Shown here piece by piece: positions 20,701 through 29,700 of a stretch of 64,000 nt of DNA. Position 1 is the first letter of the stretch. Each line of letters begins with the position of its first letter. Origin of the DNA: Candidatus Omnitrophota bacterium (GTDB lineage: Bacteria; Omnitrophota; Gorgyraeia; Zapsychrales; Zapsychraceae); NCBI GenBank assembly GCA_021108075.1, contig JAIORP010000012.1, positions 6,539-70,538 on the forward strand, in the 5' to 3' direction. The notes under the pieces are model-generated. The model saw nothing but the letters and a program-made list of their open reading frames with translations. It was not told the origin of the DNA and searched no databases. The position numbers and the translations under genes are program-made.

Positions 20701-23700
20701 TGCGGCACGTTTTTATGACCGTTTGAATGTGGAGGAAACGATTTCCTTACAGACAAAACCTCAGGTCGTTCGCGATATTAAAATTATGGGTGTCACGGAA
20801 GCTATCGCGTATTTGTTGCACGCGTCGCCTGAAAAATTATTTGTGCATGAAGCGTATCTTCGGCAATTAGGTCTGGACCTGAATACAATTCGTGAGTGGC
20901 AACGGGAATATCTTGTTAAGCCGGAGCTGCTGAGTCTTTTTAATGAATTTAGAGAGAAAACGGAATTTGTACGGACATATGACGGCCATGATGAGTATTC
21001 GATCGGAGATTTCATTTTCAACGTGAAGAGCGGACAGAGCGCGTTATCTCAGGCTGAGATTCTTCATCATGACCGGCTTCAGGACCGGTTAAGGGGGATT
21101 TGGGGCGGCAGCACGATTATTCATTTGGATCAGCTGGGTGATGTTGTTGTCGACGGGGATAAAAAAAGGTTCGGTTATGTTTCCGTCTGGAATAAAGGCG
21201 AGCTGGTCGGAGAACGTTTGAAGGCGCTGGCTCAAAGAACGGATCCAGACAGTTTGACTGAAGCGCAAATTCTGATCGATCAATTTGTAGAGCAAGAGCA
21301 GCAACTGCACCTGAGAGGGGTTGTCGATAAAAATCCTGATATTATGACGAATCGCCGGATTTTGCCGATGGATAATCAGATGAAAGTGATGGTCGCGAGT
21401 CCGGCCGCCCAGTTGACGATTTGGGAGAATGCGTTATCTGTGTACCAGTCCCGATATGCCTCACGCCGGGCGGATGAGAATATATATTTATCTCCTCAGA
21501 TTTTACAAAGCATTCCAGAGGCGTTCAGGCCCTATTATGAACAAAAAGTAACGGAACAATTGTTGCCTTCTGCCGGACAGACAAAAGAAGACGCTTTTCA
21601 GCAATTTTACAATAATGTCTTTGAACTCGCCTTACATGTCGCGGATCGATCTCCCTTCGGAGACCTGATAAAATTTGGTTTAGTCCGTAATGAACAGGCG
21701 CATTTGATTGTTGAGAATTTGAAGAATACAGACGTGGAACATCCGGCCCTATTTGAACGCCGACTGAATCATATCCGGTTTATTTTTACACGGGCCCTCA
21801 TCGATCAGACCCGTCGTGATTATTTTGATTACGTCAATACGTCAAAAGGAAATCCGCTGCTTGCCTGGACCATGCTTTTTGTTGATTCATACCCGGAAGT
21901 TTATAATAAATTTAATTTGCTCATTAAAATTTTTCTGAACGAATTGATGGAAAATGCGGGATTGTTACAGTCCTTCCCCTCGAATGAAGAACTCTGGCAG
22001 TACATTTCAGCACGGTATCAAGAGACTTATTCTGTTAGAGGGTTAGCGACTCCCGGGTTAAGTGCATATGTGCGGCGTTCTTTTGAATATTTTATCGATA
22101 TCGCCCGTCAAATGCCGTTAAGCTGGGACTTGATACAAGAACGGCCAGCGGTCACCGGTGATTTGGCCTCAGATCCATACGAGTTTTCCCTAACATCTTA
22201 TGCCAATGAAACGCAAGGGTATCCCGATATGATGGGGGTACAAGTTTTAGATGAGCGTGAGTTTGGTCGTCTCAGGACCTATATGGATCAACCGCGTAAA
22301 GCGGTCTTGACAGACCTCGACGGCACAGCAACACTCGTTGATCAGAAATCAGGTCGAGTTAGTGAAAGCGTAAAAGAATCGCATAAGGCCAATATTCAAC
22401 GCTTTGCTGAGCTGGTCACTGATGGCGTCTTAGTTGTTCCGACCACAAACCGCCGGGAGTCAAAAGCGGTTGCTTACGCTGAAGAAATTGATCAGGTCAT
22501 CCAGCAGACTCCCGGGTATCGGTATCGTCAAGATTCTAGGACGGGCGGATCGTTTTTATTGTTTTGGGCCTCTGGGATGAATGGCATGGATGTTGGTCAG
22601 AATAAATTATTAGATGATTTTCAGTTAAAATTTAATCCGCAACAACAGGAAGAGGTCGTTCAATCCTTGCTGAAGGATCAGGTTATCGCGTCACGCGCCA
22701 CAAGACATGTTGAGATCCTTGATGGAAAAATTAATGTTTATTATTCAGGTGGTACGCGCGTAAGCCGGGCAGGTTTTTTAGATGCTATCCGGGGTGTTTT
22801 AGATGGTTTGAATACCCTGGTCCGTCAAGACGGTTTTGCCCCAAAGGGCGAATATTCTTTGCTGCGGGTTGTCGACGGGGGAGAAAATGTCATCTCGATA
22901 CTGCCGCAGGACGCTAATAAGGCCCGGCCAAAGAATTATATTCAAAATCGTTATGCTATATCTGAAGATGAAACATTGATCCTTGTTGACCAACCGCAAC
23001 AAGGACGGGCGGACAATGACCTTGTCCGTTTGTCAGGTATTCATGTTGGGGATGATATCGATGATTTACCAGAAGGAGTTATCAGCACCAAGAAAGCAAT
23101 CGGCCTGGTTGGTCCGCAGGCGGTTCAATGGCTGCTAACAAACACAGAATTTTCTTCTCCTTTTATTGAAGAAGAAACCTTCCGCTCGATACTGGCAAAG
23201 AATATCCCACCGACACGGAATGTCGTCATTGAAAAGGTCGGAAACTTGCGTTTGGTGAGAACTCCCTGGCGCAAAAGACGTGTTAATCCGACAACCCCTT
23301 TTAGCGCGGTTGTTCTTCCCTTTGATCCTGGCCTTTTTAATTTTCGGAACGAAAACATTGATGAAAGCGATATCTTTTTCGAAGGCATTATCGAAGGGCA
23401 GGAAACAACGTTATTGTTGCAAAAGTCTCCCTTTGCCCCCGATCATTTTCTTGTAATTCCTGAGCGTGATCTTGAGCGTCCGCAGGTATTGCAGCCAAAG
23501 GACATCGCTTTTGGTGCCCGGTTTGTCCGTTCGCAAGCTTTGCCGCATTTGCGTTTGGGGTTTACAAGTTTAAAAGGCGGCGCATCTATTAATCAGCTGC
23601 ATATGCAGGCCTTCACGACGATCGAAGACCTTTCCGCGTTAGAATTGGTTCCTAAAAAAGAGGAGTACCGTATTCAAGGCGTCAGTGTGAATGTATTGGA

Positions 23701-26700
23701 AACAATGGAGGACTATCATTATAACGGCCTGATGTTCCATTCAGAGAACATTGAAGACCTTTCTGTTGTTGTTTATCGATACATCGAAATATTGAACCGG
23801 TTTGATATCCCCTATACCGTTAATTGGACCCAGGTCGGGGTGTATGTTATGCCGGTAAGAAGTTCCGTCGGGATACAAGGACGATTGGGTTTTTATGAAC
23901 ATATGGGTTTTGTTATTTCTAAAGATGTCAGCGAAAGCCGAGAGCAGGCTGTCGCAAAGTATGCTGATGAAATGCAATCAGCATCTCTGAACGATGCGGA
24001 CTTTATCCTAACGCATCAGTTTACCTTCTCGACCGAAGAGATTGAAGCTGCATCATTGAGGGAATTATCTTCCCGGTTAAATGAAGGAACGGACCGTCCG
24101 TCTGACGCGGCGATGTTGGGTGGCAGGGATGACAGGAATGAAGAGCGGCTTAATCTGGAGGCGTTAGAAAAGATAAATCTGCAAGCCTACGGGCCCGGGG
24201 GGCGCCATGGACTGATTGACCTGGAAAAATCTTACAATGATTCGCGTGTTTTTATGAGTTATATTTTCGGGTTAGCCGGGGCCGGGATGGTTGGTCTTCC
24301 GACAGCACTAATGACTCAGGACATCTATTCGTCCGCGACGGGGGCGCTCGTTGGTGCCGGGGTCGCGATCGCGACATATGTAAAATTATTTCCACAATCA
24401 AAATATAAAAATATTGAAGAGGGTATCCAGGCGTTGGAGAAAGCGCGTACTCAAGAGGAGATCCAGTCTGCGCGAGGTTTATTTATCGATGGAATGGCAG
24501 GCACAGATTCAGTATTGCTTCATCGTTTGGGCTTAACAGGTTTGGAAACATCGGAAAAATTATTTGCTAAAATGATGGGCGCAGAACAAACAGAGCTTGT
24601 TCTTCCTTCTGATATCCAACCCATCCAGGCTGATCAGATCAGGCAATTAGAAATAAATATGGGACTGGCTGGACTGGCTGATTTGTTAAAGATTGTTGTT
24701 CATGAAAAATTCGCGTACTTTTCCGTTGTTCCATCAATTCCGACCGATGAGCAACGGAAGTCATTAAGGGCCGCGATATCAGACCCTGATGTGATCAGGC
24801 GGCTTTTTAAAAACGTATCTGATGATAGCAATACGATAGAACGCCTGCAAGAAAGGGTATGGCACGGGATCTTTGATCTGTTGTACCGGCAGGATGGAGA
24901 CTCTATATTCTCTCCGGAGTATTTAGAGCTTTACAGGGATAATGAGATTTTTATGGAACAGGGGGTTTTGCGGGAGCTTGCCAATGATCAAGAACGCTCT
25001 CAGGAAGATTATCTGGTTGACGCGGTGAAATCAGAAATTAAAGCGGACAAACAGTATAAAATTCTTGTTTTCGCGACTGGCTCGGGAGCACTGATTAATA
25101 ATTTGTTGCAACAAATTTCAAATATTGGTGAGATCGTTGAATATGACCGTAGCGCTACTTCCAATGAAACGGCTGATCGCAAACGCAGAGAATTGTTGCC
25201 GCCCGATTTATATAATAAAGTTCGGCAGATTACAGCTGATGTTAGAGATTTTAAATCTGAGCTGAATGGCGAAGAGTTTGATTTTATTATTTCCACGGCA
25301 TCATTGCGCCTGATGAGTTCCGAAGCCCGGGAAAGCATATTAGAATTTTTGCAGGAAAAAGCAGGGTTGCGCAAGGGGGGATCGTTTATCTATATGGATA
25401 CCAGGGAGCATTCAGAAATCATGGGGCAGGCGGTCGACCAGATGCGGACGTCCGGTTTTAATGTGAGCGTTGATGATAAGTTTTTCGCGGGCCACAGAGA
25501 CGCGATGTTTTATATTTTTGTGCATCAATACCGAAAGAATCAAATCTTTAGAAATTTTATTGATCAGTTAATGAGCTTAAAGCGTAAAGATAATTTATAC
25601 AATTTTCTTTATGAGATGGCCGGTCACAGGAGAATCAAATTCGAATTATTAAAGGCGACGCAAACATCTGAGAGTTTGAGGAAAAAGAATTTTGAATCAA
25701 TGGTGAATCGATTTTCTGACGCCACAAAACAGATGTTTGGTTCTGTGTTTGAAGATGCACGGGTGACAGTCCAAAAGGGACCCAGTTCACGAATCACAAT
25801 CCGTTTATTTGAAAAGGATCCAGATGTTGATTATTTAGACAGCTATGATATCAGCGTCGATACCGCGCTGGGCCAGGTGTATGCGGTCACTCTTTATGAT
25901 GGGCGGAGTATCGGGAAAAACACTTTAATTGTTGGACGCGCGGTCTTGCAGGATCCAACAGTGGATAGAGTCATTCTGACGCAGCATGTGTTGTCTTCAA
26001 AATATGGATATGATGAAGCGTTAAAGGAATTGAAGTCCGTGTTATCTGAAATATTGCCTGAGGGGATGTTAAATTTTGATGAATCGGAAACATTGGATCG
26101 TTTAGCGACACATGCCGCGGGGTTAACAAAGAGTGATATGTCGGAGGCTATTAACGCCATTCCGGTCGATGCGGAAAATTACGAAGATATGATCATTGAA
26201 GCGTTTCGTTCATATTCTCGAACAGTCTATCCTTCACAAGAGCGTTTGCCTTTCCGGGGAGCGGCAAAGATTTTTCGAGAGAATGCCTCGATGGCGATGC
26301 GTTTGGCCGGCGAAGAGGGTTATTCATCAATTAGCGGACTCGTTTCTTTACCTGATGGTTTTCAAAATTTAGCGTTATATCAGAGGCTTGGTTTTAATCC
26401 GATAATCCCGGAAGGAAGAAGCGATTATTTTGGACAGGTGCAAGCAGCGTTAACAGATAAGAGCGCGGGCGCGACCTTAAAGGAAAAGGCCTGGTATTTG
26501 TCGCAACGTCTGGAGCAATTGATATTACTCGTTCAAAAAGATATTCCTGATCAAGACGCGGCGATGTTGGGCAAAATCAATCGTTATCAACTTAAAAATG
26601 GGGCAACGGTTTTAGGCCCGTTATCTGAGGACGCGTTTAATCAGATGGCAGGCGAAGACGCGTTTTTTCTTGTCAGAGATAAGGAAAAAGGAGTCTATGC

Positions 26701-29700
26701 TCAAAAGACAACCCCCGAGGAGCAGGGTTATAGTGTTGTTGCAACGGAATTTAGTGAGATCGAAACAATTTTTAAGGATGCCGGTGTGGATATGGTCACT
26801 CATATTTTGTCGACGTTATGGGAGAATCCAGATCGTGAAGTCGTCGTGTTAGCTGATGGAGTTGGCCGGGGAGTGGAATTGCAGGGACTTGTTGAAAAAT
26901 TAAAGAAAGAGGTAGAGGCTTTCGGCCTTGATATATCAAAAATCAAAATTTATGGTCTTTCAGACATGTATTTTCAGGACTGGCAGGACGCAGACCCGAT
27001 GATCAATTTTATTCTTGATGATCGAGAGAACTTGCCGGACTATTTCTCGAGAAGGCAAATTGACGTGATGATGAGTTATAAGGGCATTTCTCATATCGGT
27101 CAGCAAGCGGAATATATCAATCATATGAGAATGATGAAGCCGCACTTTAAATACAACGCCTTAATTGTCCATGATTTTTATTTTGGGAATTTAGACGCCG
27201 TTGAATCGATGCTGGAGCGGAATGGTTTTTCGGTTAAGAGGGAACGGTTGCCGGGTATGACGGAGTTATTTGTTCTGCGACCGGTCGATTTTAATAAAGA
27301 TGCGCCTGCCGATGTATCAGAAAACACGAATAGGGAGGTTAAAACGGTGCCGTATCAACAGGCGGAGTTTTTTGAACTCACGCCTGATTACAAACTAGCA
27401 GGAACATACACCACCCGAAAGGGAGAAGAATTCAATATTTATTTTAAAGATAATGATTTTGTGTTGATGAACGTTGAAGGGCAGTTTATCGGTAAGGTTG
27501 TATTTGATTTTACGGAAGAGGGTGTCGCGGAAATTGATTTAGTGCGCGTTTCAGAGTATGTTCAGGGGGAAGGATATCTGTATGATTTGATTGATGCTAT
27601 ATCTTTTTATTTAGGACAATTGGGAGCCGAAAGTATTGTCGTTACGGAAATTTATAATCCATTTTTGTCCTATGTTTTGACAAAAGAATATGGATTTCAT
27701 CCTGAGATTAAAGAGGGTGATGAACGCAAACAATTGATTATTGGTTCACGAGAGCCAGGTGAGAGACTGCCCGTTTATCTTTCCGGAGAAGGCGCTAAGA
27801 AAGTTTTCTCGCCGGGCTCAGGGTATGATGTTCTATTAGAAAAGTTAGATATCCTTGATACCCCTCCCGATGATGGCGTTGTCAGCTATGTGTTTGTTGA
27901 TTATGTTAAGGACGTTAATAACGCGCGATACCAACAGCAAATAAGTTCTGTCAAAAACAGGATGGCGATTGATGGAGAAATTCTTGAGCAAAGGAAGAAC
28001 GAATATCAAACAAAATTTCAGCGACGAGGAACAGACGACATGTCAGAAGATCACCGCGATCAAGCGATGTTGATAACCTATACGGAAAAAGAGTGGCAGC
28101 AAATAGACCAGACGTATCAAATTTTGCAGCAGTTGGCGCAGGTGGTTGATACTCAGATGGAACAGAGTGGTATGGTTGAAATTTTTGATGTCTTCCGTCA
28201 ATGGCTCAATCAAGGACCGCGGGATGCTTTGGCCCAAATCGAATTGATTGAGGACCCTCAGGAACAACAGGAAGCTTACCAGAAATTAAGCGCTGCCCTA
28301 TCACGTTTTGTTCATGAATTTGAGACAACATATGATCATGTATCGAAAAGATGGGGGCAGGAAATCGCGGGCGTTAACGGCCGGTCCTTTGTTCAATTTG
28401 ATACGGATGGGAAGGTCCTTTCTTATCCATGGTTTGATTTGACGTATGACCTGAATGACAAGTTGGATAAACTGGCCACCTTTATTCTTGGCTGGGGGAA
28501 GCTTTTGGTTACGGATGGCGCTGTTGCCAAAGATAATTTTTTGCTTTTGGTCAACAAATTGGAATCTACGTACCGCATATGGGATGGTTACCGGCAATAT
28601 TTGCGCCATGTTGCGGATCCGCTGTCAATTCAAGATAGTCAGATCGCGGATAATCAAGAAGAAAGAACACAGCCGCGTTTGGGTTATGATGAGTTTTTAT
28701 TGCCGTACCGCAATGCGTTATTAGCGCGCGATGCGGACCAGGATACTTTGGAGCAACCGCGTGAAGAATATGTTGCCCTGGTGGATGCGCAGGGGAATTT
28801 TTTGCGGGCTGTTCCACGTTCTGAGCGTAAAAATAAGGCGCCGGATGAATTTACTCAGGGTGCTGTTATTATTGTTGTCGATGAGGATGGGAATGTTTTG
28901 ATGCAGCAGCGATCAGAAGGGAAGATGGAAGGGCACGAAACCTTTGGCCCCATGGATTGGACCATCGGGGGGCATCGTTCTGATGAGGATGCCGACATTG
29001 AAGCCGCTGCTTTGCGCGAAGGCAATGAAGAGGCCGGGGGCATTATCAATTTTAAGAAATCAAATCTGGTGCAGATCGATCAGCGTCCTGTTAATCCGGA
29101 CACGGATGGCCGCTGGGTGCGCTCAACGTTCATTTATGTGGTCAGTGCAACAGAGAAGAACAATATTCAGGAACAGATGATCGAGGGCTGGCAAGGGAAT
29201 GACGAAGTTGACGGCTGGGAGTGGTGGGGGCAAGATGATTTTACAACAGAGGCAAAAACGAGCCAGAAATGGTCAACCGTGATTGATCTGTTAAGAGACA
29301 TTCCTGATTTTCCGGCGATGGTAGAAACGGCTGTTGTGGGTGTTACGCAGCGTCGCCGAGATAGCACGGTTCGAGACGGGGCAGCACTGACAACCTATAC
29401 GGAAAAAGAGTGGCAGCAAATCGACCGGACCTACCAGACGCTGCAGGAGATCGCCTTAAGCGTTCAGGGGAAATTGCAGGAAACAGGTATGACCACTCTC
29501 TTTCTACGCATCGACCAGTTCCTGGTCCAGGAGGACCCACGGCTGATGTTTGAACAATTACAAGACTTACCGAGCAAAGAGGCTCAAGATCGGGTTTATG
29601 CGGTAATAAACACGGCCATGCAGGGCTATGCCCTGAATATCAAAACCATGTATCAGGAAAACATATCAGAGATTGACGCTCAACTCGCCCGGATCAAAGG

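Noticed and set aside
19729-29540. Antisense and out-of-frame ORFs inside the giant gene (for example 19799..20191, 25009..25374, 28301..28817)
   Set aside because: All fall within a continuous, domain-rich sense ORF and lack RBS or recognisable motifs; typical shadow ORFs.
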